Of a stretch of 64,000 bases of DNA, positions 1 through 13,009 are shown in pieces. Positions within the stretch are counted from its first letter, which is position 1. Every line of letters begins with the position of its first letter. Origin of the DNA: Macrostomum lignano (lineage: Eukaryota); assembly GCA_002269645.1 (NCBI GenBank), contig NIVC01001281.1:256859-320858 (forward strand), in the 5' to 3' direction. A model generated the notes under the pieces. It was given only the letters and a program-made list of their open reading frames with translations, was not told the origin of the DNA and did no database searches. The position numbers and the translations under genes are program-made.

Positions 1-205
1 CAGTCACACGGGTGAGAGGCCTTACCGCAGATTCACACTCTCAGTCACACGGGTGAGAGGCCTTACCGCAGCTTCACACTCTCAGTCACACGGGTGAGAG
101 GCCTTACCGCAGATTCACACTCTCAGTCACACGGGTGAGAGGCCTTACCGCAGCTTCACACTCTCAGTCACACGGGTGAGAGGCCTTACCGCAAATCAAC
201 ACTCT
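1..205. repeat. 41-bp minisatellite, about 5 copies, truncated by the window start
   Basis: Unit cagtcacacgggtgagaggccttaccgcag(a/c)ttcacactct repeats with period 41. Its position suggests an intron of a gene upstream of the window. Confidence 0.9.
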
Positions 206-653
206 CGCAGTCACACGTTTGCGAGTTTGCGACCGCAGATTCGAGCTGCGCCATCAGCGCAAGCTGCATTAGAGGCTGCACACAGGTGACAAGAAGAGAC
301 CTGCGAACTTTGCGGAATGAATACAGTTTTGCCTAGTCTTTCAAAATTAATTGCACTTGCAAAATGACATGTTTGACTTGTACTTTTAATAGTGTGTGCT
401 ACAATAATTCATTCGGTGTTGCATCGTGAATATCGATTTCAAGGACCTTTAGAAGTTATTGTTGTATCATGGATTGTTGTATCATGGACGGTACAACGGT
501 AACTTCCATATTCTGTGGTAACTTCTAGTGGTCCTTGATTAATCAATCAACTTATTTGTCGTCGGATTTAATATGCGGATACTAGCGAGGTCTATCTAAT
601 TTCTATGTCGATAAGCACAACTTTAATTATATTCAAATTGAGCCACGTGCAGA

Positions 654-2944
654 TCACAGCCTGCGCTTGTGCACCACCAGGCTGTGGTCGCCGGGCGCGC
701 GCACCACACCGTCGGGTCCCAGCAGGATTTCGTCCCGACGCAGCCGGCAGTCCTCGGTCGGCTCGAAGCGAAACTTCTGCAGCAGAGTGACGAAGAAGAT
801 GAACAGCTCCATGCGAGCCAGCGTCTCTCCCAGGCACGCTCGCTTGCCGAGGCTGAAGGGAATGAGGTACTCGGAGGCCTTGTAGGTCCCGGTCTCGGGA
901 TCAATAAACCGATCCGGCTTGAACTCGTGCGGCTCAGAGAACAGCTCGGGGTCCATGTGGACTGAGTACAGGTTGGGCAGCACCAGACTGTCCGGTGAGA
1001 TGGGCAGTCCGTCCAACTCCACCGCCTGCAGGTGAGACGATCGAGAATGGTTCGGGATGAGCGTTCACGGAGATTGTGCAGCATAAATACCAGCAACTCA
1101 GCTCGCCTCACCTCAGAGACTCGATGCTCGACGCTCATCGGCACCAAATTAGCGATTCGCTGGGTCTCATCGAGGAATGCCTGCACTTTGTGCAGACCGC
1201 GCTTGTCCTTCATGCTGACCTCGCGCAAGCCGATGCTGGCGGCGATCTCGGCGTGACAGGCCTCCTGGTACTCCGGGTGAAAGCTGCAGTACAGCAGGGC
1301 CCAGCGCAGTGTTGTGGCGGTGGTCTCGCTGCCGGCCAGGTACAGGTCCAGCACAGTTCGAACCAGCTGCAGGTTGTCGAAGCTGCCGACTCCCCCGGAA
1401 GACTGTCGCAGCCGCTGCTCCTGCAGGTAGGCCTCAACAAAGCAGCTGGGCTCGCTGGACTCATCGTAGTTGCGGTCAATAGCCTGGATTTTCTCCCGGC
1501 AGTGGTCCATGATCCACTTCTCGCTCTGCAGGTACCGCCCGGTGCTCGGCGCCAGAGCGGTTAGCCAGGCCGGCAGCTGGGGAAAGAAAAACATGAGCTC
1601 GGTGTCCAGGCCGGCTTGCGTCAGGGCCTTCGTGTGATGGAGGAAATTGTCCAGCTTGGGGTCCTCATAGCCGCTGCGTTGGGCGAATACGAGACTGCCA
1701 ATCACGTTCACTATGGCCTTCGTGATGTGCACTGCAAACCATGGTGACTGATGTAATTTATGGCGAGGAAAATCCTGTAATTTGCGGCATTATAAAAGTA
1801 CTAATGGCTCTTTCACACCAGCATCAAATCAAACCAATTTTTTAATGACCCCACGGCCTCTACATATCGTTACTTTGTGCTGGCTGCATCAGCTGTGATT
1901 TGATAGCTGAAAATCCCTTTCTCAGAATAAGTGGCACGACCCTTTCTTCGAAAGCAGTTGGGCTTGTATAATTACCATTAATGTTAATCCATGTTAAGCT
2001 CAATAATAGAGTCCATTGAGTCCAGTCACCTTTGCTATGCAATCAATACTCGTTGTTATGCAATCAATACTCGTTGCTATGCAATCAATACTCGTTGCTA
2101 TGCAATCAATACTCGTTGTTATGCAATCAATACTCGTTGCTATGCAATCAATACTCGTTGCTATGCAATCAATACTCGTTGCTATGCAATCAATACTCGT
2201 TGCTATGCAATCAATACTCGTTGCTATGCAATCAATACTCGTTGCTATGCAATCAATACTCGTTGCTATGCGATCAATACTCTACTATGCAATCAATACT
2301 CTGCTATGCAATCAATACTCTGCTATGCAATCAATACTCGTTGCTATGCAATCAATACTCGTTGCTATGCCATGGGGCCCAAAGATTAAAACAAATTCGA
2401 AAATACAATTCCAGAAGTTTAGCAAAATCCTCACCATTCAAATCCGTCTCCTGTCCGCTCAGGTCGCTCAGCTTTGCAGCGAGTTCTTGCGCCTCCGTCT
2501 GGATCTGCTGCTCCGAGAGGCTTCTGCCGAGGCCGAAGTCCCGCAGCACTCGCAGGGTGAAGCGGCGGTGCTCCAGCCACAGTGCACCTTCCGATAGCAA
2601 GAGGCCGCGGCCCTGGCCATGACCTGGTAGAGAGGCTGGTTCGGCCGCTGCGAGAACTGGTCGGCCCGGCCTACCAGCGCCGCCTTGATCTGCTGGTAGC
2701 CGGAGATCAAGATGAACTCCTGCGTGCCGAGTACAACGGAGATGACGTCACCGTAGGCTGCTCGCATTTCGTTCAAGAATCGATACCAACGGAAGCCCGG
2801 TTCGACAAAAGCTCTGTACAGCATGTAGGGCAGGCTGCCCAGGACAGGCAGGCCAATCGGACCGCGGCGCCGCAACCGCTGGAACAGGTGGCGGCCTAGC
2901 AGACCGGCCAGGAGGGCCGCGGCTAACGGTTTAACGATCTGCAT
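654..2944 (-). CDS. Cytochrome P450, CYP2 clan, 3 exons, about 500 aa, with one 1-bp frameshift
   Basis: Exons 2944-2435, 1731-1112 and 1025-654 with GT-AG introns of phase 1 and 0. Motifs: N-terminal anchor, W-x3-R (WLEHRRF), I-helix AGSETT, K-helix ETQR, FKPDRF and heme motif FSLGKRACLG. One C is missing in the ccc run at 2611-2613; restoring it gives MARGRGLLLSEG and a total of 1503 nt. Confidence 0.93.
2030..2372. repeat. 21-bp minisatellite in CYP intron 1, about 16 copies
   Basis: Unit tgctatgcaatcaatactcgt. Confidence 0.95.
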
Positions 2945-3614
2945 GCGGAATAGTGAAGAGTCTGCAGGCAAGTTTGCTTAGAGAATTTGCTTCCAAGTTT
3001 CTGTAAAGAACTAAATACTGCTTTAGAGTCAACACTCGCGTGGATACCAGACATGAAGTGCAGTTTTTATTTGCACACTGCTACCTTCTTTCACACAGAA
3101 TGTACATTTGAACCCCTCCCTGTCCCTTATCTTTCTGTCGTCCCCACTGGCGGCTCTCTGCGTACATGCACTGTTCTCTCTAGTAGCATGAGAACAGTGC
3201 ACATTTGATACCAAACTATACAAGTACTTTGCATGTAGGTATGGCTACTTGAATTAACTCCCTTCGGTGAACAATTCACACTGTAGAAAGAATTACATGT
3301 AGCATGTGTGGAATTAGCCAGTACTAGCAATCTAGTCCCCCCTTCGGGGCGGCCAATTAAGACGAAATTTTTTATGAGAATTTTCTCAAAAGCATTCCTT
3401 TTTAATCCTTAAAATCCTTTACTCTGCTTTTGCAATGAATCCAGTTGCCGGGGGGGTATATGTCCCCATGTCCCCCCAGTAAAAGCGACATGGCAATTCT
3501 TTTCCCTCCACCCTTACCTTGTGACCCATTATGGAAATCAATAATTTTGCTTCAGGGTGACAAAATATAGCCCCTGCAGCGTCAGAATGAGTGTCTGTGG
3601 TGCTAAACTTGATT

Positions 3615-6600
3615 GATTGTGGCGCTAAAATGAGTGCATGCACACCAAAATAAGTGTCTGCCTGCGACGCCAACATGTGCCTAGTGCGCTAACAAGAGTG
3701 GCTGCGGCGCTAAAATGAATTCCTGCGGCTCTAAAAGGAGTGCCTGCGGTGCTAAAATGAGTGCCTGCGGCGCTAAAATGAGTGCCTGCGGTGCTAAAAT
3801 GAGTGCCTGCGGCGCTAAAATGAGTGCCTGCGGCTCTAAAAGGAGTGCCTGCGGCGCCAAAATGAATGCCTGCGGCGCTAAAATGAGTGCCTGCGGCGCT
3901 AAAATGAGTGCCTGCGGCTCTAAAGTGAGTGCCTGCGGCGCTAAAATGAGTGCCTGCGGCGCTAAAATGAGTGCCTGCGGCTCTAAAAGGAGTGCCTGCG
4001 GCGCCAAAATGAATGCCTGCGGCGCTAAAATGAGTGCCTGTGGCGCTAAAATGAGTGCCTGCGGCTCTAAAGTGAGTGCCTGCGGCGCTAAAATGAGTGC
4101 CTGCGGCGCTAAAATGAGTGCCTGCGGCGCTAAAATGAGTGCCTGCGGCGCTAAAATGAGTGCCTGCGGCGCTAAAATGAGTGCATGTGGCGCTAAAATG
4201 AGTGCCTGCGGCTCTAAAATGAGTGCCTGCGGCTCTAAAATGAGTGCCTGCGGCGCTAAAATGAGTGCATGTGGCGCTAAAATGAGTGCATGCACACCAA
4301 AATAAGTGTCTGCCTGCGACGCCAACATGTGCCTAGTGCGCTAACAGGAGTGCCTGCGGTGCTAAAATGAATTCCTGCGGCTCTAAAAGGAGTGCCTGCG
4401 GTGCTAAAATGAGTGCCTGCGGCGCTAAAATGAGTGCCTGCGGCTCTAAAAGGAGTGCCTGCGGCGCCAAAATGAATGCCTGCGGCGCTAAAATGAGTGC
4501 CTGCGGCGCTAAAATGAGTGCCTGCGGCTCTAAAGTGAGTGCCTGCGGCGCTAAAATGAGTGCCTGCGGCGCTAAAATGAGTGCCTGCGGCTCTAAAAAG
4601 AGTGCCTGCGGCGCCAAAATGAATGCCTGCGGCGCTAAAATGAGTGCCTGTGGCGCTAAAATGAGTGCCTGCGGCTCTAAAGTGAGTGCCTGCGGCGCTA
4701 AAATGAGTGCCTGCGGCGCTAAAATGAGTGCCTGCGGCGCTAAAATGAGTGCCTGCGGCGCTAAAATGAGTGCCTGCGGCTCTAAAAGGAGTGCCTGCGG
4801 CGCCAAAATGAATGCCTGCGGCGCTAAAATGAGTGCCTGCGGCGCTAAAATGAGTGCCTGCGGCTCTAAAGTGAGTGCCTGCGGCGCTAAAATGAGTGCC
4901 TGCGGCGCTAAAATGAGTGCCTGCGGCTCTAAAAGGAGTGCCTGCGGCGCCAAAATGAATGCCTGCGGCGCTAAAATGAGTGCCTGCGGCGCTAAAATGA
5001 GTGCCTGCGGCTCTAAAGTGAGTGCCTGCGGCGCTAAAATGAGTGCCTGCGGCGCTAAAATGAGTGCCTGCGGCTCTAAAAGGAGTGCCTGCGGCGCCAA
5101 AATGAATGCCTGCGGCGCTAAAATGAGTGCCTGCGGCTCTAAAATTAGTGCCTGCGGCTCTAAAATGAGTGCCTGCGGCGCTAAAATGAGTGCATGTGGC
5201 GCTAAAATGAGTGCATGCACACCAAAATAAGTGTCTGCCTGCGACGCCAACATGTGCCTAGTGCGCTAACAGGAGTGCCTGCGGTGCTAAAATGAATTCC
5301 TGCGGCTCTAAAAGGAGTGCCTGCGGTGCTAAAATGAGTGCCTGCGGCGCTAAAATGAGTGCCTGCGGCTCTAAAAGGAGTGCCTGCGGCGCCAAAATGA
5401 ATGCCTGCGGCGCTAAAATGAGTGCCTGCGGCGCTAAAATGAGTGCCTGCGGCTCTAAAGTGAGTGCCTGCGGCGCTAAAATGAGTGCCTGCGGCGCTAA
5501 AATGAGTGCCTGCGGCTCTAAAATGAGTGCCTGCGGCGCTAAAATGAGTGCCTGCGGCTCTAAAATGAGTGCCTGCGGCGCTAAAATGAGTGCCTGCGGC
5601 TCTAAAAGGAGTGCCTGCGGCGCCAAAATGAATGCCTGCGGCGCTAAAATGAGTGCCTGTGGCGCTAAAATGAGTGCCTGCGGCTCTAAAGTGAGTGCCT
5701 GCGGCGCTAAAATGAGTGCCTGCGGCGCTAAAATGAGTGCCTGCGGCGCTAAAATGAGTGCCTGCGGCGCTAAAATGAGTGCCTGCGGCGCTAAAATGAG
5801 TGCATGTGGCGCTAAAATGAGTGCCTGCGGCTCTAAAATGAGTGCCTGCGGCTCTAAAATGAGTGCCTGCGGCGCTAAAATGAGTGCATGTGGCGCTAAA
5901 ATGAGTGCCTGCGGCTCTAAAATGAGTGCCTGCGGCGCTAAAATGAGTGCTATGGCGCTAAAATGAGTGCCTGCGGCGCTAAAATGAGTGCATGTGGCGC
6001 TAAAATGAGTGCATGCACACCAAAATAAGTGTCTGCCTGCGACGCCAACATGTGCCTAGTGCGCTAACAGGAGTGCCGGCGGTGCTAAAATGAATTCCTG
6101 CGGCTCTAAAAGGAGTGCCTGCGGTGCTAAAATGAGTGCCTGCGGTGCTAAAATGAGTGCCTGCGGCGCTAAAATGAGTGCCTGCGGCTCTAAAAGGAGT
6201 GCCTGCGGCGCCAAAATGAATGCCTGCGGCGCTAAAATGAGTGCCTGCGGCGCTAAAATGAGTGCCTGCGGCTCTAAAGTGAGTGCCTGCGGCGCTAAAA
6301 TGAGTGCCTGCGGCGCTAAAATGAGTGCCTGCGGCTCTAAAAGGAGTGCCTGCGGCGCCAAAATGAATGCCTGCGGCGCTAAAATGAGTGCCTGTGGCGC
6401 TAAAATGAGTGCCTGCGGCTCTAAAGTGAGTGCCTGCGGCGCTAAAATGAGTGCCTGCGGCGCTAAAATGAGTGCCTGCGGCGCTAAAATGAGTGCCTGC
6501 GGCGCTAAAATGAGTGCCTGCGGCGCTAAAATGAGTGCCTGCGGCGCTAAAATGAGTGCATGTGGCGCTAAAATGAGTGCCTGCGGCTCTAAAATGAGTG

Positions 6601-7325
6601 CCTGCGGCTCTAAAATGAGTGCCTGCGGCGCTAAAATGAGTGCATGTGGCGCTAAAATGAGTGCATGCACACCAAAATAAGTGTCTGCCTGCGACGCCAA
6701 CATGTGCCTAGTGCGCTAACAGGAGTGCCGGCGGTGCTAAAATGAGTTCCTGCGGCTCTAAAAGGAGTGCCTGCGGCGCTAAAATGAGTGCCTGCGGCGC
6801 TAAAATGAGTGCCTGCGGCTCTAAAAGGAGTGCCTGCGGCGCTAAAATGAGTGCCTGCGGCGCTAAAATGAGTGCCTGCGGCGCTAAAATGAGTGCCTGC
6901 GGCGCTAAAATGAGTGCCTGCGGCGCTAAAATGAGTTCCTGCGGCTCTAAAAGGAGTGCCTGCGGTGCTAAAATGAGTGCCTGCGGTGCTAAAATGAGTG
7001 CCTGCGGCGCTAAAATGAGTGCCTGCGGCGCTAAAATGAGTGCCTGCGGCGCTAAAATGAGTGCCTGCATGAGTGCCTGCGGCTCTAAAAGGAGTGCCTG
7101 TGGCGCTAAAAGGAGTGCCTGTGGCGCTAAAATGAGTGCCTGCGGCTCTAAAAGGAGTGCCTGTGGCGCTAAAATGAGTGCCTGCGGCTCTAAAAGGAGT
7201 GCCTGTGGCGCTAAAATGAGTGCCTGCGGCTCTAAAAGGAGTGCCTGTGGCGCTAAAAGGAGTGCCTGTGGCGCTAAAATGAGTGCCTGCGGCTCTAAAA
7301 GGAGTGCCTGTGGCGCTAAAATGAG
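3615..7325. repeat. 3.7-kb satellite: 21-bp monomer with 147-bp and 0.65-0.93-kb higher-order structure
   Basis: Monomer ggcgctaaaatgagtgcctgc. A marker of about 55 bp (cacaccaaaataagtgtctgcc...) recurs at 3641, 4293, 5218, 6016 and 6668. Confidence 0.95.
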
Positions 7326-7399
7326 TCCACGGTTTTCAAATGCAAGTACGAGCGTACATGTAAGCCTAGAGAGGGCAGACTTCTTTAACCAATTGTCGC

Positions 7400-7491
7400 C
7401 TGCAAATGTCCGGCTGGCAAACGTCGGCTGGCAAATGTCCCACAGGCAAACGTCGGCTGGCAAACGTCCGGCAGGCAAACATCGTAGACCC
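7400..7491. mobile_element. Possible terminus of a non-autonomous DNA transposon with subterminal repeats
   Basis: Repeated ggcaaa(c/t)gtc motifs ending in cgtagaccc. A similar inverted end (gggcctacc plus tttgccagcc repeats) lies at 54566. No partner end or TSD was found. Confidence 0.35.
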
Positions 7492-7703
7492 ACTAGCGAA
7501 GCGAGCAACTTTTACCTTGTTTTGAGCTGATATTGCCTGTTCCGTTTTCAGCATCGGTTCCAGAACCGTGTTCTGGTTTGATGAACCACAGGGTTCATGG
7601 GTTCGACGCTTTTCACTTTCCTACCGATTCTGGTTCTGGAACCAATCTACCCGAAAAGCCTAAGAATTTCAGCTGAAAATTCATACAACTTCATGTACAG
7701 GTA

Positions 7704-8920
7704 CGAGCGGGGCACTAAAAAAGTTCTGAGCCTCGGTGTGAAAGAGAGAATTGGAGTAAATGTAGTCAGCTTTTTTCTACATAGTCTCCCTTGACCAAGA
7801 AGCACTTGTGACATCTTGATCGCAGTGCTTCGATGCCGCTCTGAAAGAACTGCTTTGAACACCCCTCGAACCAGGAGGTCGCAGCATCCCTCAGTGCCTC
7901 ATCAGTGTCAAATCGCTGCCCACGGAGCGCCCGCTTGAGATGCTGAAACAGGTGAAAGTCGCTGGGGGCAAGGTCTGGTGAATAGGCTGGGTGCAGCAGC
8001 TCTCGGTACCCTGCAACACTGACAGCTGCCTTTGCCAGCCCACTGGTGTGGGCAGGTGCAGCAGCACCACACCACGGCTCAGCATTCCCCGCCGATTCTC
8101 CTTGATTGCCTCACAACGGCAGTAGCACAACTTCCAGCAGCAGTGGGCCTTTGGCATCCCAAAAGATGGTGAGCATTATCTTGCCTGCACAGCATCCAGA
8201 CCGTGCCTTCAGTGGTGCAGGTGCACCAACTGGCAGCCACTGCTTCGACTCCTCCTTTGACTCGGGATCATGGTGGTGGTGGATCCATGTCTCATCACCG
8301 GTCACGCAGCAGAACAGGAAGCCGGCAGGATCTGGATCGGAAGTTTGCAGGACAAGCTTCGCATACTGCAACCGCGCGGACTTCTGCTCGCTTGTCAAGA
8401 TTCGCGGGATCCACCGGGCCGATGCCTTCGACAGATGAAGATGCTGGTGCAGGATCTCGATGACCTGTGGGTCAGAGAGCCCGCTTTCCGTGTCTGCCAC
8501 AGGTTCCCTGACCTTTACTCGCCGGTCGCCATCAACCAGGGCCGCGCTGGAGGCGCTGGATGTTGTCAGCAGTGACAGCAGTCCGAGGGCGTCCGAATCG
8601 AGGGTCATCTTCGAGAGAGTCGCGGCCACGCTTGAACTCGTCTGCCCAACGCGTATGAGGGGGCAGCCCCAGCATGCACGGCGCCATGCGACTTTGGATT
8701 TCAGCAGGTTTTGAGCCCTCCAGGGTCAGGAATTTGATCACTGCCCTGTTCTCAATTTTCAGTTCTTGAGAATTTGCTATAGGTCCATGTAGAACTTAAG
8801 TAATGCCTATAGAGAGCTGAAAAGACTATAATTAACATACATGTATTATTGTGTTAGAGCATCGAGTTTCAGCGCTTTGTGGCATGGGATCTTGGTCGAA
8901 CTTTTTTAGTGCCCAGCTCG
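7704..8920 (-). mobile_element. Mariner (Tc1/mariner) element, 1217 bp, decayed transposase
   Basis: 23-bp TIRs cgagc(g/t)gggcactaaaaaagttc with 1 mismatch, and TA TSDs at 7702-7703 and 8921-8922. Frameshifted transposase fragments include ARWIPRIL, VTGDETWIHH, IMLTIFWD and HPAYSPDLAPSDFHLF. Confidence 0.95.
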
Positions 8921-9874
8921 TACATGTAATTGTATGCATGCATAGATCGATTCCTCCGGACACATTGTTCGCAGTTTGCCACACGTACGTGACAAACGAT
9001 CGTAGGTGAGAGCAATTCAAAGCAAAATGTGAAAGCAGAAATTATACAACTACGACCAGATTACTGAAGTTTCGTTTTTACCTCGCGCTTGCAGCTATCT
9101 ATAGATATATCTATGGAGTTCATCTTTAAGTATAGTCCTTAACTCATGGAGAGTTTAGAATGAGTCTGATACCATAAAAATTGATCATTAGTCACTGCTT
9201 GAAGCCGCTGCTTGAAGCCGCTATTATAAAATCTGTTGCTTTCTTAACTGTGGTTGAATATGACGTGTACTGCTGAGCACTCCTCCATACCCGTACAGCA
9301 ATCCGACATCGACAACATCGGCCGCCGTTTCCGACCGACGACGTTTTGGCTAAAGACGGAAATGGCCGTATACTTTTTACACAACGACGTCAGCCGATCG
9401 ACGTATAGCGTTGTTATACGTCGTTGTTATCCGTAAGCGTAATGTACGAGCTAATCGTACCGTCAATATAGTCAGCGGACGTCCGAATGTTGCACGAGTT
9501 AGAATTCATAGGAACTGTTTAATAAGTCTATAGTATGGATAATCAAAAGTCTTCCGATGCAGAAATGGCCGTCAGTTAAATGGCTGACTAGCTGTAGCTG
9601 TTGAAAGTTGTTGAATGCATAACAATTCAGTGGCAGGCGAAATTCCCAAACTCTAACTATATTTGACAAGTGTAATTTTAACGGATTAGGAACGGCCTAA
9701 CGGGAGATCTCCTTTTCAGTTTGTCTTAGTGATGCTGCATGGTCTTGTTGTTGACTATTTTATATGTAAGACTAATGTGCGAAATTTGCAAAATGAATGG
9801 TAAAAATTGTTAATTTTTAAGATTAACTTTATAACCATAGTTTTTTTGTAGCAAGAACGATCGGAAGAGACTAG

Positions 9875-10134
9875 GGGCCTTTTCATATTGCTTGTTCTGG
9901 TTCTAGAACCAGATCCAATTTGTAAAGTATAACTTTTTGTCTCCTAAACTAGAGGGATATAAGTGCTTTAAAGTTGTGATTATTGAATGGCAACAGCCAA
10001 GAAGAAAGTGAAAAATTGTGCAAAGTGAAGCTGTAAGGCAGTCAAACATTCAGCAAAGTTAAATAGTTATACTGCTTTTTTCTTGGAAGATCCGAATTGA
10101 TTCTGGTCCTGGAATTGGTAATGTGAAAAGCCCC
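9875..10134. mobile_element. MITE of about 260 bp, PIF/Harbinger-like termini
   Basis: TIRs gggccttttcatatt and (reverse complement) ggggcttttcacatt, flanked by a 3-bp TAG duplication at 9872-9874 and 10135-10137. Confidence 0.6.
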
Positions 10135-11017
10135 TAGCTCGTATGACCCTTTTCGAAGAAAACTGCACGATTTCAAAAGGCAGTGGTTCATATGTCCGGC
10201 TGCCGTACGTCTGGCGCGGCATGCGGATACAATGCAGGAAATGAATTGAAAATCAAAATATCTGCTGAAACTACAAGACAAAAGAAGGACAAACATGATC
10301 AGACTGCACACTGACTGATGACTCAATGAAATTAAGAATGAAAAATCAAAGACTATATTTTAGTAAATTTAGATAATTTAAAAATTATGCGTGCGAAACT
10401 AGTCTAAAGGATAGCCACTTATTGTTGCCGCCGATTTCATAGCTAGGCCCTAGCTTTAATATTATACTTATACTATAGTATAGGCTTTGGCCATAGCCCA
10501 TGCGATGGGTGTGCTATATTTTATAATATGAGCCAATAAGCCATTGTGAGGGTGTATGCTTAGGCCTAGTCTATTAGTATAACTACTATAGTGTCTAAAT
10601 TATGATTTGACTGCTTTCATTTTAAAGCACTTTGCTGTTGTGTATTAATCTATAGTATATGTTTTGACTTTTTGACTAGAATCAATTTTCTAATTTATAG
10701 GCAAAAACAACCTAGATTAGAATCTGTGCACTATGGGCTTATGTGCTATGGGCTTATATGGTGTATTTTTAAGTGAAGCTGCATAAAATATATTGAAGTT
10801 AATAATGTTGATATTGGCAATGGAATCAGCCACCTTGCCACAAAGGAAATCATATATCATCAAAAGCTAAAGCTAGTCTGGTCAATAGAGTACAGTAGAT
10901 TATTGTGCTATATTTATAATTTATTTAGTGCTAAAAATAATTATAAGATTGGATCTTTGTTGCAAAATTGTTGCATATACTTTTTTATTTGTCCTTTTTG
11001 CATTTTAGGTAGGCCTA

Positions 11018-12326
11018 CGAGGGATACTCTAAAAGTTTTGCAATTCAACTATTTAAAGTTAATTTTGCCAAACTTTTCTATTACAATCCTTCAAAGTAGG
11101 CTTCCCGGAACTGCAAACACTTGTGCGCTTGTCCGAGCCACTTGTTCATCAAGCCCTGGAAGTCTTCAATTGGGATGCCATCAATCGCCTCCTTTGCCGC
11201 CTGCTCTAGCTCCTCGTCAAACTGAAACCTGCACCCCCTAAGCGACTTTTTGATTTCTAGAAAGAGCCAAAAGTTGCAGGGGGCGAGGTCTGGTGAGTAG
11301 GCCGGGTGTGGTAACATTGAAATGCCCTCTTGGTTCAGGAACACTCGAGTTGCAGCAGCCGTGTGGGCGGGGGCGTTGTCATGGTGAAGCTTCCGCCCTC
11401 GCATTCCCATCCTTGGTGCCCTCTGGGTCACGTTGTCGATCATGACTGGCAAGCACTCTTCAGTGTACCATCGAGCAGTGACTGTAGCTTGACCCTCCTG
11501 CTTCACCATTGCCACCACGCATTGTCAGTCGAAGAAGATGGCAAACATCCGCTTGCCCTGGGACTGGGACCGCGTTGCTTTCAGGGGTCGTTGACCACCT
11601 TCCGGCACCCACTCTGCACTGCTGCGCTTTGTCTCGATGTCAAAATGATAGAGAAACGTCTCATCACCAGTGATGACCTCAGAGCGGCGCTGAAGGCTCC
11701 CATGCTCATATCGATTGATGAGAAACTGACAGAACTCCATGCGGGCCTGTTTCTGAGCATCTGTCAGGATGTGGGGTATCCATCGGGCACAAAGCTTCCT
11801 GACTCTCAGGTGATTGTGTAGAATCGTATTGACCACTGCCAATCCAATGCCGACATTCATAGCTAGCATGTCCGTGGTGATTCGCGGATCCTAATGAATC
11901 AGCTCCTGCACTGCAGCAATGTTTTCCTCTGTCACTGCTGTCGGAGGTCTTCCGGGCCAGGGGTCGTCAGAAAAGCTAGTCCTGCCGGCCTGGAACTCGC
12001 GGTACCAGCGTGTAACCATAGCATATGACGGCGCTTGAGCCTCCAATGTTGCTAGTAGCTCGGCATGAGTCTCAAGCGCCGTGAGCTTTCGCTTATGGCA
12101 GTACCAAATTAGTAGCCGATTCTGCTCACGATTCAATTCCATGGCTGCAGCTGTACAATTAAGGAGTCTCTGACTTTGACTGGGGGCTGAGCAGGCGTAT
12201 ATGTATTGAATTCACTTGAAAATTGAGGTGGGGACTATGTACATGTTTATTGTACAGAGAGTTGGTTTTGAAGATTGTGCAACTTGCGCAAGTGGTTGAA
12301 TTGCAAAACTTTTGGAGTATCCCTCG
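11018..12326 (-). mobile_element. Second mariner element, 1309 bp, full-length transposase with two in-frame stops
   Basis: 32-bp TIRs cgagggatactc(t/c)aaaagttttgcaattcaac with 1 mismatch, and TA TSDs at 11016-11017 and 12327-12328. A single reading frame 12142-11081 (354 codons) is interrupted by TAG at 11891-11893 and TGA at 11525-11527. Motifs WIPHIL, TGDETF, HHDNAPAH and YSPDLAPCNF. Confidence 0.96.
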
Positions 12327-13009
12327 TACTACATAAAATATTTCCATTTTCTCATTTTTCTTAAAATTTTGCTAGATAATTCAAGTCAAAGATATCTAAA
12401 ATGATAGCAAAATATATCTTTGTTAGGCCTAGTCATACAAGCTATTAAACTCTTATCTTAACATAAAATTTTTAATGCAAATAGTTTCTACAAATAAAGA
12501 CTAGGCTTAAGGTGTTTAAATGAACATTAAAAAACCTAAATATTAAAGGAAAGTGTTTTGAAAATATAGATTAAAATTAAGATTTGATTTAATCTATTTT
12601 GAGGTCTATAATCAAATAAATCATCAGTTTTCTTTATAGACCCTAGGCATAGGCATATAGACCCTATTTATCAAATTTTTGGTCATGCCTTTTATTTTAA
12701 CTGCTTTTTTCTATGATTTGTATAAACTTTGGGTTCTTAAAGATCAACAAATTTTTGCCTTTAAGTTACCTATTGGTCTATGATTTTCTTAGCATTGGCT
12801 TTAAGTAGTATATATTGATTAAGCCCAGTGATATAACTGGGTGGTTGCTCAGAAACAAGGAATTATATTTTTTCTAATAGTCTTAATAGGCACTCTAGAA
12901 TCTATTTATTAGACTGAATTATATAGTTATTAGTTCTATATAAAACAATATATAAAAAGCCCTCTAGACTGCAACTACAATAGCAAAGCCTATGTCCACC
13001 ATCCCTCTA

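Noticed and set aside
239-272. Possible terminal exon (FELRHQRKLH*) of a gene upstream of the window
   Set aside because: Too short to identify, and the upstream context is missing.
3641-6720. CRISPR-like look of a constant marker separated by intervening blocks
   Set aside because: The intervening blocks are repeats of one monomer, hundreds of bp long, not unique spacers. There are no cas genes and the DNA is eukaryotic.
3681-7530. Long LILAPQA and GAKMSAC ORFs on both strands
   Set aside because: They follow from a stop-free 21-bp unit, with no splice or domain context. They are repeat read-throughs, not genes.
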